Shown: positions 21,301-33,232 of the stretch, piece after piece
How the letters are laid out: every line of letters starts with the position of its first letter
Numbering within the stretch: position 1 is the stretch's first letter
NCBI RefSeq assembly: GCF_000142905.1
Contig: NW_013657647.1
Coordinates: forward strand, 165,142 to 229,141
From: Thecamonas trahens ATCC 50062
Lineage: Eukaryota > Protista > Apusomonadida
Length of the DNA: 64,000 nt
Direction: 5' to 3'
The notes under the pieces: model-generated
Told to the model about the DNA's origin: nothing
Database searches by the model: none
Seen by the model: the letters and a program-made list of their open reading frames with translations, nothing else
Translations under genes and position numbers: made by a program

Positions 21301-24300
21301 CGGTACAGCACGCACACAGGCGCCGAGTTCTCCAGCATGAACGCGATGCGTCCATCCGGAAACGTTGGATCAACTGGCACATACGCACCGCCGGCCTTCC
21401 ACACTGCGAGCATGCCGACAACAAGCTCCAGCGACCGCGGCAAGACCAGGCCGACGACCGAGCCCACAAACACGCCGCTTGCGCGTAGGATCCTCGCGAT
21501 GCGATTGGCCCATGCGTTGAGCTCAGCGTACGTCATACTTGTGCCGCTGCCGTCGACCACTGCCACCGCGTCAGGTGTCTCCGCCGCACGCGCCTCGACC
21601 AGCTCATGGACGCCGACTGCCGCACGCCTTTCGCCGCTGCCGTCACCATCGGCGTCGTCGCTCTCGTCATCCCCTGCGGCGACAAGGACGCAGGTCGGCG
21701 GAGATTCGTCAAACATGACGTCCTGGTGGGTTTCCGTCAGCAGCTGTGCCTCTTCATCAGCCGTGAGAACCGGCATGGCCGCCGCTTCGGCCGACGGCTC
21801 AGCCAGCGCAGCCTGAACAAGAGCAGCAAACCCGCCAGCGAGCGAGGAGATGGTCGCCTCGGCAAAGATCTCGGTGTTGTACTGGAAGAACGCGCGAATG
21901 CCGTCGTCAGCCTCGGAAACCACCAGCTGGATCTCATACGGCGCCGTGCGCTCCGCAAGCGGCACCGACTCCAGAGTCAGCGACGAGCCGAGACTCAGCG
22001 AGTGGCCGCCAACGCCCATGACAAACGCGTCCAGCTCCTTGGCAAGCTTGCCATGCGGCCGTTCAAAGACAAACAGTGCCTGGAAGACTGGCGATCGCGA
22101 GGTCTCGCGTTCCGGTGCCACCGACTCGAGCACAAGCGTGAACGGGTAGTCGGCGTGCGCAAGCGCACCGAGCGTTGCCACCCGCACTCGCCGCAGTACG
22201 TCTTCAAAGCTCTCGCCCCGCCGACACGTCGACCGCAATGCAACGGGATTGGCCAAGAAACCAACTAGCCGCTCGAGCTCGATCCGCGACCGACACGCCA
22301 TAAGTGTACCTACAACCACCTCGTCCTGCCCGGCCGCGCGATGCAGTAGCAGCGTGTACAAGGCAAGGAGCGTCATGAACATCGTCGTGCCTTCGGCAGC
22401 ATTCAGCTCCCGCAGCGCAGCCGTCGTCGCCCCGTCGAGCTCAAAGGCATAAGTTGCACCGGCCGATGACAGCTTGGCAGGCCGTGGATGATCCTCAGGC
22501 AGCGTCAGCGCCGGAAGCCGGCCGGCCAGTTGCTGAGTCCAATAGGCCTCGAGCTGGTGGCCCTCAGCTGTGCTCAGCCGGGCAGCTTGCCATCGGTTGT
22601 AGGTGTGCAGCTGCAGCGCCTCGGCACGCTCCGCTGCAAGCCCGAGCGCCACAAATCCCGAGTCGGGACCGCTGTTCTCGGCCAAGTCGTACATGCGGCC
22701 GAGATCCTCCAGCAGTACCACCATCGACCACAGATCACAGCAGATGTGATGGGTAACAAAGGCTAGCCAGAAGTCCGCGCCGTCGTTGACCACCGTCATC
22801 GACGTCAGCGGCCCAGTTTCAAGCGCAATGCAGGCTTCAACGGCGTCGCGGAGAAGCTTTTCGGCGCTAGGCGAGTCGCTTGCAGCCAGGACCTCAAAGC
22901 CAAAGCCAAAATCAGGGTCGTAGTACATGAGCGGAACCTGGCCACCGGCCGCAGTCTGGTACCGGGTGGCCAGACCCGGATGTAGTTGGACCAAGAGCGC
23001 CATCGCCCGCTGCAGCCGCGCTACGTCAAGCCTGTTTCCAGCCTTGGCCACAAACGACACGTTGTACGTGGTGTCACTCGGATTCAGTAGGTAAGCGTAC
23101 CACAGCGAAGCCTGGTTAAGCGAGACCGGGTGCGGCTCGTGGAGCCAGTCATCGGCACCGAGCGCCGACTCACCGACAGGCGCCAGTGGAACATGATCGC
23201 GGTCGCAGACCTCGCCGCCGACACCGGCCTTGGCACGCGCCTCTAGGTACGACGCAAAGCCGGCGATGGTCGGGTTCTCAAACACCGCCGAGACCGAGAT
23301 CTCGACGCCAAAGGCAACCCGAGCGCGTGACGCGACCTGCGCGGCCGCCAGTGAGTGGCCACCAAACTCGAAAAAGTCGCAGGAGATGCCGACCTTGGTA
23401 ACGCCCAGCACCTCCTTCCAGATGTCGGCCACAATGTCCTGTGTCTCGGTCACCGGAGCATCGTCGAGAACTGTGCCGGTGCCGTCTTCGGGCTCATCAA
23501 CGAGGCTCACCCGCTCTTCGCCGCCCGCCTCATCGAGCCACTGAACAAGCCGCCGCCGATCAGTCTTGCCGTTGGCAGTTGTGGGCAGTGATGCCAAGCC
23601 CCACACCACAAACCGCTTCGGCACCATGTACTCGGGCAGCGATGCTCCAAGGGCGACCCGCAGAGATCGCGCCGAGACGTGAACATCGGTGCCGCCGGCC
23701 GCAACCACAAACGCCACAAGGTGCTTGCCCAATGCCGAGTTGTCGGAGACCACAACTGCAGCCTCAGACACGGCCTCGACGCTCGCCAACACCGTTTCGA
23801 TCTCGCCAAGCTCGATGCGGAAGCCGCGGATCTTGACCTGGTGGTCCTTCCGCGCCGCGTACCACAGCTCACCGTGCTCGTCAAATCGCACCACGTCGCC
23901 AGTCTTGTACAGACGTGGCGCCCAGGTGGCCGATGAGAACGGGTTGGCCACAAACGACGCTGCAGTTTTCTCCGGCAAGTTGAGGTAGCCACGTGCTACG
24001 CCGAGGCCACCAACGTACAGCTCACCCCACACCCCGAGCGGGACGGGTGCCATGAGCTCGTCGAGAACGTACACAACCTGATTGGTGACTGGGAAGCCGA
24101 TCGGCGGCGGAAGAAGCGTGCGCGGCGGGAGCGGGCCGGCAGCACAGCTCCACTCGAGCGCGACCGGATCCTCGGGCGTGATGTGTGCAACGGCAGAAAT
24201 GACTGTGTTCTCGGTCGGACCGTACAAGTTAATGACCTTGAAGGCCGCGGCTGGGTCTGGCCGGGTGTGCACCACGTCACCACCGGTGAAAATGTACCGC

Positions 24301-27300
24301 AGCGGCAGCGCACAGCATGCGTCGCGCTCACGAAACATGGCCTCCATCAGCGGCGTCGGCGCGAGGCAGCAGGTTAAACTATGGGTGGAGATGAACGTCA
24401 TCAGCTCTAGAACGTCGAGCCGCTTGCTGTCATCAACTGGCCAGAGCGAGCCTCCAGCGTAGAGAATAGGCCACATCTCGATGACGCAGGCATCAAAGCC
24501 AACGCCGCACGACATTGTCGCCCGGTCGGCAGCAGACAGAGCGTACGTCTCGAGCATGTGAACAACGAGGTTGTTGAGCGAACTGACCTCAATGCACACA
24601 CCTTTGGGATTGCCGGTTGTACCCGAAGTGTAGATGACGTACGCAAGCGAGGCAGACGAGAAGCCACTGCTAGCAGGCGCAAGAACGCCTGGCCGCGCCG
24701 GATCGTAATCCTCTGCACCAACGCAGCCGTCGATCTCGAGCCAGTGGCTGCAGTGCGGCATGACTGCTCGGTCGAGGCTTGCCACCAGCTCGGACGTCTC
24801 GGCGTGAAAGAGGCAGATCGGCGCGCGAGAGTCAGCCAGCATGTACTCCAGGCGGTGGACCGGGTAGTGGTAGTCCATCGGCATGTAGGCAAGGCCGGCG
24901 CGCATGATGCCCACCATGGCAACCAGCGAGTCGATGGACCGGTGCATGCAGACACCGACAACAGTGTCGTGGTCCACACCCGGCACGTCTAGGAGCATAG
25001 ACGCAACTCTGGCCGATGCCCCCTCGAGACCGGCAAAGGTCAGGCGCCGCGGCGGCGAAGACCCCACCTGAGTCCGTCCAGCCTCGTCCACAGCCACAGT
25101 CTCGGGCGGAAGCTCAGCGGCGTGTCTAACTAGGACGTCAAGGAGCGAGTGTCGGTCATCGAGATCGAGCCGCTCCGGCTGAAAGGCGTGCATGACAGTC
25201 TCAATCTCGACAGGGGGAGCGACTTGAGCCGATGCAAGAACAGTGCCTGGCTCGGCAATCCAGGACGAGGCCAAATGGACAAACCAGTCTAGCATCCGTT
25301 CCATCCGCGCCGGTGCAAAGACATCGGCGTTGTACTCGAGTGAGAGCGCGGTGCGACCGTCAGCCAGGCGGGCGGCGACAAGAGTGAGGTCAAACATGGC
25401 GGCATGCCTAGGCATCTCGCAGCCAGTTGCGGCAAAGGGACCAAAGTCGACCCGAGTCCCGGGTCCACCCTCGCCGAGCAGCAGCGCACCAAGTGCATTG
25501 TGCTCGATTTGGGTCTTCTGCAGGACAAAGGCGGCCTGGAAAATCGGCGAGCGAGACGAGTCGCGCGCTGACGAGTCCATGCACTTGGCCACCATTTCCG
25601 AGAACGGAAAGTCTTGATGGTCGAGGGCTTCCAAGACCGAGATCTTGACCTGGTCAACGAGCCGGTACAAGCTTGTGGACTTGGGCTGCACCACGTCGCG
25701 GATGGGAACCATGTTGATAAAGTAGCCGACGGTGTCCTCAAAGCCCGGTTCGGAGCGGCCAGCCATAGGCGAGCCGACAGTGACGTCGGTCTGGTGGGTG
25801 ACTCTCACCAGAAGCGCCTTGAACAGCGCGAGCAGGACGACATACTCGGTGGCGGAGCAGTCGCTTGCCAGCGATGCTAGCGCTGCGGTTACATCGGCGC
25901 TGAGATGCGTTCGGACAAGTCCACCAGCGTGCGAGGCACTGGCCGGACGGACATAGTCGGTCGGGAGATCCAGGGCCTCGACGCCGTCGAGCTTGCGCTT
26001 CCAGAAGCCCTCGAGACGCGAGCCCTCTACGCCGGCGAGGATGGCGGCCTGGTGGGTAGCAAAGGCATGGTACGGCTTGCCGGGCTGGGCGAGGCCAACA
26101 CCAATGAGCTGCGGCGCGACTGGTGCAGGCTTCGACTTGTGAGTCCCGTACCGCGCCGCGAGCTGGCTGACTATGAGAACGAGTGACCACAGATCAACGG
26201 CAATGTGGTGAACAGCAAATCCGAGCCAGAGTCGGGGCCCAGGGCACGACACGGCGCGACAAGCTAGGAGCCGGCCACTGCCAAGATCAAACGGCAGGAA
26301 TGCGAGAGAGTCGAGCGCGGCGCGAGCAGCGGATGCACTGCTGGCCTGCACGCGGGAAAAGAGTGGGATGCCAGCGTCATGTGCAGCCTTGCGCAGCTCG
26401 TTCACATTTCGAGACCGCGGTGCATTTCCAGCGTAGGCCGTGCGCAGCTGTGGATGCGCGTCGAGCACATCGTAGAGCGCGAGTTCAAAGGCATCAAGTT
26501 CAAACACACCTGGTGCCTCAATCTCCATGGCAAATGTGATCGAGTATGCGGCAGTAAGGAGCTTGCCCGGAGTAGAGTCTGCACCAGCGCCACTGGCAAT
26601 CTGGTCAAGGAACCAGAGCGCGTTCTGGTTGTACGACAGCAGCATCAGCTGCGTCGACGGGCTTGATGCGGGAAGTATCGGCGACGGGGGATCGATGGAG
26701 TGGCCGACGCACACGCCAACAGTGCTGCAGCGACACCGGCAATCGTCGGTGCGTTGTAAAAGGCTGATAGCGGGTAGTGAACTAGACCAAACTCGCGACG
26801 GAGCCGGGAGACCAGGCGCGTGGCGGTCAGCGAGTGGCCGCCAAGATCAAAGAACGAGGTTGTGGCCGAGAGAGAGGTCATGGGCAGCGCGAGCATGTCA
26901 GCAAAGATGGCTGCGACGAGGGACTCAGAGTCGGATGCAAACGATCCTGGCGCCCGTGGTGAGAGGCGTGCGAGAGCGCCAGTCGAATCGGCTCGTGGGC
27001 CTTGGCCAGCGTTCCCGCCATGGCTCGCATGCTCGATGAGTGCATCGTGCGTTGGCGGCGGCAGCGCCTTGCGGGCAACCTTGCCTGACGGAGTGAGCGG
27101 AAAGTGGTCCATAAAGACGAACGCCGACGGGACCATGTACGACGGCAGCGAGGCAGCCACGTGGTCGACCAGATCCGCTGGCGTGACCGCCGGATCGCCG
27201 CCAGAGCCAGACAAAGCGGCAGCGACAAGGTAGGCAACCAGAATACGTGACGCTGGTGAGCTAGATGTCGAGCCCGGTGCGTCTTGAGCGACAACGACGG

Positions 27301-30300
27301 CTGATTGAATCGCTGGGTGGGTGCCGAGAACAACCTCGACCTCCCCAACCTCGACTCGATGACCACGAATCTTGACCATGGCCGACTTGCGGGCGAGGTA
27401 CTCGAGCTCTCCAGACGCCAGCTGGCGGACCATGTCGCCAGTGTGATAGAGACGGGCGCCAAGCGGAGCGGCGGGCGTCAGGGTGTCGGGCACAAAGGCT
27501 GCCGCGGTGAGGTCAGGTGCGTGGAGATAGCCGCGGGCGAGAACGTCGCCGCCGATGAGCAGCTCGCCCGGAACACCGGGCGGAACAACAGCTCCGCTGG
27601 CATCAACTATGTAGCAACGGGCCTTGGCGATGGGAAACCCAATCGACGGAAGTGCGGGCCAAGCCGCTGGATCGCCGTCAAGAACCGCAGCGGTGACCAC
27701 GTGGGTCTCGGACGGCCCGTAGTGGTTGTGCAGCGAGGACTTGGGCCCGAGACCAGCAAAAAGCGCGCGGACGGCGCGGGTGCAGAGGAGCTGCTCGCCG
27801 GCGGTGATGACCTGGCTGAGCGCGCGCGGAAGGAGCCGAGTCTCGAGCGCCATCTCGGCAAGCGCCTGCAATGCGACGTAGGGAGAAAGACTCGCTCAAC
27901 GCGCGCAGTCTCCATGACTGCCAGCAGCATTTCAAAGTCTTTGCGGACCATTTCGGGGACGAGAACTAGCGAACCGCCTGTAGAGAGCGCGGAGAAGAGT
28001 TCCTGAAAGTGGACATCAAACGAGAGCGAAGCAAACTGAAGAGTAACTGCCGGGTGCGCGCCGAGCGTGATGTGCTGCCAGGCGATGAGGTTAGAGAGTA
28101 CACCCGAGACCATGGCGACGCCCTTCGGCAAGCCAGTTGAGCCCGACGTGAAGATGACGTAGGCCAACGAGTCTGGCGAGCGCGGCGTCAGCTCGAGGTT
28201 GGCGGCACAGGTCGAATCCGAGGTCTCAGGCTCAGGCTCGAGCGGAAGCTGGATGATACCAGCCATGCTGGCTGCGGCGTCGGCCATATCAGGCTCAAGA
28301 AAGCGGGAAGCTGTGGCGTCCGAGACCAGGGCGACTGGTGCACACGAGGTCTTGAGCATGTATGCCAGGCGCGAGGCTGGATATTGCGGGTCGAGCGGGA
28401 CGTACGCGCCGCGAGCCTTGAGAACGGCGAGCACAGCTACAACCATGTCAATGGAGCGCGGAATCATGACGGCCACACAAACGTCAGGGCCAACACCAAG
28501 GTCAACAAGCTTACGGGCAAGGATGTTGGCAGCAGCGTTGAGCTGAGCGTAGGTACAGGAGGCCGACGGCGTGTTGGAGACGTCGGTTTCAGCATAAAAC
28601 GCGAGCGCGAGCGCGTCCGGAACGCGGGCGACAGCAGCCTCGAACATGGCCTCGACCGACGAGGCGGCGAGACTGGCGTACTCGCCAAGCTCGGTCGGCT
28701 GCAACAGCGCTGCCTGGTGATGCGGCGGAGCGACGGCGAGCTTGCCCACAATGTGGTTGACTTCTGCGTCAGTAAGAAGGGAGATCGAGGTCAGATCAAG
28801 AGTCCCGGGCTGAGCAGCGGTGGCGAGGCTCTCCAGCACGCGAACAAAGTGGGTCGCGAGGCGGGCGACGGTGTCTGATGCAAGCGAGGCCTCCGCGCAG
28901 TGTACAGCGCCACCAAGGCTGCCGTCGGGTGCCTCGGCAAGGACGAGTCCGACGAGCGCAGCATGAAGCGAGAGCGGAAACGGCGCGGCGAGGTCGGAGC
29001 CGGTGACGGTCACGCCCGGGCCGGGCTCCCACTCGGACTCGGGCCCGCAGACACCGGTGAGGACCAGCGGTGGCGCAGTGGCGCGACCATGAGCGCGAAC
29101 AAAGGCAAACGCCGCGTTGGTCTCGGTCTCGCCGCGCTGAACAATGCCAAGGGCGGCGAGCTTGTCGCGCAGCAAATCGGCCGGATACTCTTGGTGCTCC
29201 GAAGCAAAGACAAGCGCGTCGCGGACGGCTGCGACAAAGGTGGTCAAGGTAGCGTCGCCATCCGGGACGGTGAGCAAAACAGGGACCGAGTTGGCAAAGG
29301 CACCGACAGTGAACGCGGCGCGCGAGCGCCGAGCGCGCCCGGAAAAGACAGTGGAGACCACCAGCTCTTCCTGGCCGCCAGCGTAGCGTGAGAGGACCAG
29401 CGCGTAGGCCGCAAGGGCTAGAGCCTTCAGATCGACGCCGAGTGAGCGGGAAGCACGGTCAAGGGCTCGGACGGTGGCGCGTGGGATAAGGAAAGTGGCC
29501 GGTGGCGGCAAGGGCTGAGCATTGTGTGTCTGCTCGCGGGTGAGCTCCAGCGGCGGCAAAAGGTGTGCGCCCGCACCGAGAGCTTCGTACCAGTTGGAAA
29601 ACAGGGCCTTTCCACGGTCTGAGTCGAGGTAGCCGGCCAGGTGTGTGGCGTAGCGCGGGTACTCGAGATCGACATCACGAGAAGAGGCATGAACCCGGGC
29701 AATGAGCCGGGCATGCTGAATCTCGGTCAGCATGTAGCCTTCCAGTAGATGGCGGAGAAGGATGAGGCCCGAGAGCTCGTCGGCAACCAGCCGAGAAGCG
29801 ACAATGGCAACAGTCCACGCAGCGTCATCACGTGTATCGCGGCAGTAGACAACCCGGAAGAGCGGCGCGGCTGACGGCGGGTGGAGGTCTCCTCGGAAAG
29901 CGAGACGAGCAAGCTCGTCGCGGCGATCGCACTCCTCGACCAGACACGAGTGCGCAGCGGCGACCCACTCTGAGTGCGGTGGATGGACAAAGTAGGTGGC
30001 GGCATCAAGGGCATCGGAAGCGAGGTCAAAGGCGGCGCGAAGCATGGGATGGCGCGCAAGCAGCAGGCTGGCGGAGGCCTGAAGGCGCGAGAGCTCAAAG
30101 AAAGCGCCGTCGTGAAGCCTGATGGAGGCGGCGACAACCAGATGCGGAAGTCTGCGACCGGCGCGAACGACGGCGGCTTGCTGGAAGCTCAGCGGCGCCG
30201 GCTCATCGCCAACAATAGCTGCGACTGGGAGCGCAACAAGCGGCGGCGAAGACGATGAGAGTGACGGCGAGTAGGCCGAGGTCAGCGGTGACGATGAGGC

Positions 30301-30714
30301 CGACGACGGAAAGGCGGGAATGCCCTGGGCCCGCACAAGCGGCGAAGGCATGGCGTCAAAGTAAGAGGTGAACGATCCGACAAACGAGCCGGCTGCAAAC
30401 GAGGGCGTGGCGATGGCCGTCGGTGACTCGGCGGTCAACGGAGCGTACGACGACCTGACGGCCGGCGAGTACAGCAACGGTGACGGAAGAGGAGCGCCGG
30501 GCGAAGCCACGGTAGCCATGAGCACAGCAGGTGGTGGCTGGACAACAGCTCCATCTCCAGCTCCAGGAGCAGTCGACGAGACAGGCGGTGATGCGGCCGA
30601 AGCGAAGCGGAGCGACGATGCGGCCGAGGCAGCGAGGACATGGGCGTGGAGCGAGGAGCGGACCGACGAGGCGCGGAACGACGATCCGGTAGAGAGTGAG
30701 CCAGGTATGGTCAC
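18399..30714 (-). CDS. Three-module NRPS C*-A-T-C-A-T-C-A-T-R (~4100 aa), broken by two -1 frameshifts (~27882, ~26688)
   Basis: Three A domains (Y/FTSG...PKG, YGPxE, TGD), three T domains (GGHSL, GGHSL, GGYSL), C motifs HHIAVD and HHICCD plus a degenerate first C, terminal SDR (TGATGFVG, YSQSK). Joins track ORFs 27607-30714, 26645-27871 and 18399-26714. Confidence 0.92.
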
Positions 30715-31459
30715 GCGCAGTGGAGAGGAAGGAGCACTAGATGTATTGTTGCTGTTTTGCTCGTTTCGGTCAGTGTCTGAGGCTCAGTCGCGCCTCGCGA
30801 TGACTGCCCATCCTCCACCTGGCCCACATCGACCCGGTTGGCATGGGGGGGGACGGCCGCCTGCGACAGTGCTGCCGACATGCCCGACATGGTAGGCGGT
30901 GCCTTGCGCCCAGTGCCACGCCCACGGCCTACGCGGCGGCAGTCAGCCATGGTAGATGTGGTGAAAGATAGAGATGTGGTGCGGAGAGAGTGGTGGGTGT
31001 AGGGGTGTGGGGAGGGGGGGGGGGAGGGGACGGAGGAAGAGGAGAGCGAGAGCGAGCGGGGGAGAGGGCAGTGGAGCCGTGGCGGAGGGGGGGTGTCACG
31101 GCGTAAGGATACAATTTTGGCTTGAAAAGCTCAACCGGCCATTTCGTTTGGCAAACCGGCCCAAACAGGCGCTAACGGAAGGCGAGGGGAAAGCGAAGAG
31201 GGTTACAACTAGGAAGTAAATGGTATCACCCTGCAAGTCCAAAAGGTCAAGGGAATCCTGGCCAAGTACTTGAAGATGGAGGAGGAGAGGGAAATGCGCG
31301 GGTGATGGGGGGGATGTAGACCACGTGACCTGACCGGGGGGTTTTCGGGATATTGGGAGGGGGAGGGGAGGGGAGGTTAGTGAGGCCGAGGTGGAGAGAG
31401 AACGGCGTCGACCGAGGTAACGTCTCTCTCGTCGATTCAGCAAAACGTCGTCTTTAGGG

Positions 31460-33188
31460 ATGGGACGCGGGGGGATGGCGCAGGAGAAAGGATCAGTCAA
31501 TGCATCTGGAGTGATGAGCGAGTCGTCTGCACTGCTTGGCCATGTCGAAGTGGTTGAGGGAGGCACGGCCAATTCTGACCACGACGGCCACGGCCACGGC
31601 CATGGCGGTCATGCCCAGGCCTCAGTCCCTGCTTCTATCTTCAACCTCATGAACACTATGATTGGAGGTGGCACTGTTGCCATGGGTACGGGGGTCGGGG
31701 GGGGGGGGGGGGGGCGGGAGGGGGCGGGGAAGGGGGCGGGGGAGGGGACGGGGAGGGGACGTGGGGGGGGAAGGCGGGGGCGGAGGCATCCACAGTCACC
31801 GCAGTCACATGAGAGGGGATAGGGCCCGGGTGGGAAGAGGGAGGAGGGAAGAGGGGGAAGGGGGAAGGGAACTTATAGTGTGGAGGTGTTGGTGTTATCG
31901 ATGTGGAATCCGGGTTCGACTGGCTTTGTGGTGGCCGACCCTGCATGGTCGTTGGTGCCTTGCTGTGGCTGGCTGGCTGGTGACTGGTGGTGGCTGGTGA
32001 TGGCTGTTGGTCGTCATCATGGGGGGATGATGGAGAGTACAGCCGTTTGCTTTCAAGAGCGCCGGCATCGGGTTGACGCTCATCTTTATGCTTATTATTC
32101 TTGTGTTCTGCGACTACACGCAAAAGCTGCTCTTCCGCTCCTCGCGGATTGCGGGCAAGGCCGGACGGACGTACGAGGACCTGGGGCGTGTGGCGTTTGG
32201 TGAGCGTGGGGTCAAGGTGACCCAGATTGTGGAGGTGCTCAACACGTTTGGCGTGCTCATTGCATACCAGGTCATCATTGCAGACCAGTCTGACATTCTC
32301 AAGCGGTGGCTCTCGGACGACTTTATCCTGCTCCGGTGGCACTCGAAGCTCTTCCTCCTGGTGGCTGTGGTGGCTGTCATCATGCCGGTTTCGATGGCGC
32401 GGACGATGAAGTTCCTAGCCATTCCGTCAATGCTCTCCCTGCTGGCGATTGGGATCACGGGCGTGGCCATCATTGTGCGTGGCATCGAGCATGCCGGCTC
32501 GGCGACCAAGAGCTCGCAGATCCCGTCGTGCAGCGTCGAGTTTTTCAAGTTTGAGACTAATCTGCTCCTCGCACTGCCGATCGTGACCCTTGCCTTTACC
32601 TCGCATATTAACTACCTGCATACGACGGATGCGCTTAAGCGCCCGACGCCTGGTCGCGTTGCGCTCGTCTCGCACACCTCGATGATCCTCTCGGCCGTCT
32701 TCTACATTGCGGTCGGTATTCTTGGCTACTCGACGTTCTGCGACTCGACGCCCTCGGACATTCTTGTCGGCTACTCGCCGAGCGACGACCTCATCCAGGT
32801 CTCGCGGGTCCTCATGATCATCTCGTTTATGTTCTCGTACCCGCTCCTCTGCTTCCCGTGCCGCAACGCGGTGACCCAGATCTTGTTCAAGGGCAAGCCG
32901 TTCTCGTGGCCCCGCCACATCAGCATCACCCTCATCATTGTTGTCCTCACTTACCTGGTCGCCATCTCGGTCCCAAACCTCGGCGTTGTTGTCGGCTTTA
33001 TCGGCTCCATCACTGCCACCGCCCTCTCGCTCACGCTTCCGACCGCGTACTACCTTAAGATCGCCGACGGCCCGATTACGTCGGCCGACAAACTTCCGGC
33101 GCTGGCAGTCCTCATTCTCGGCACCTCGTTTGGCATCGCTGCAACGGCAGCATCGATCTACAACATTACCCAGGGCAATACCGAGTAG
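31460..33188 (+). CDS. AAAP/SLC38-family amino acid transporter; intron ~31685-32042
   Basis: SIFNLMNTMIGGGTVAM|PFAFKSAG, YEDLGRVAFG, AFTSH, YPLLCFPCR; about 11 TM segments; N-terminal ExxxLL (ESSALL). The donor region has one G too many for an in-frame splice. Confidence 0.9.
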
Positions 33189-33232
33189 TAAAACACGACG
33201 TGTCGCGATGGTTTGACGGACGGCTCTGAAGC

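Noticed and set aside
18399-30714. Bacterial contamination as the source of the NRPS
   Set aside because: It is contiguous, without N gaps, with intron-containing genes on both sides and has similar composition.
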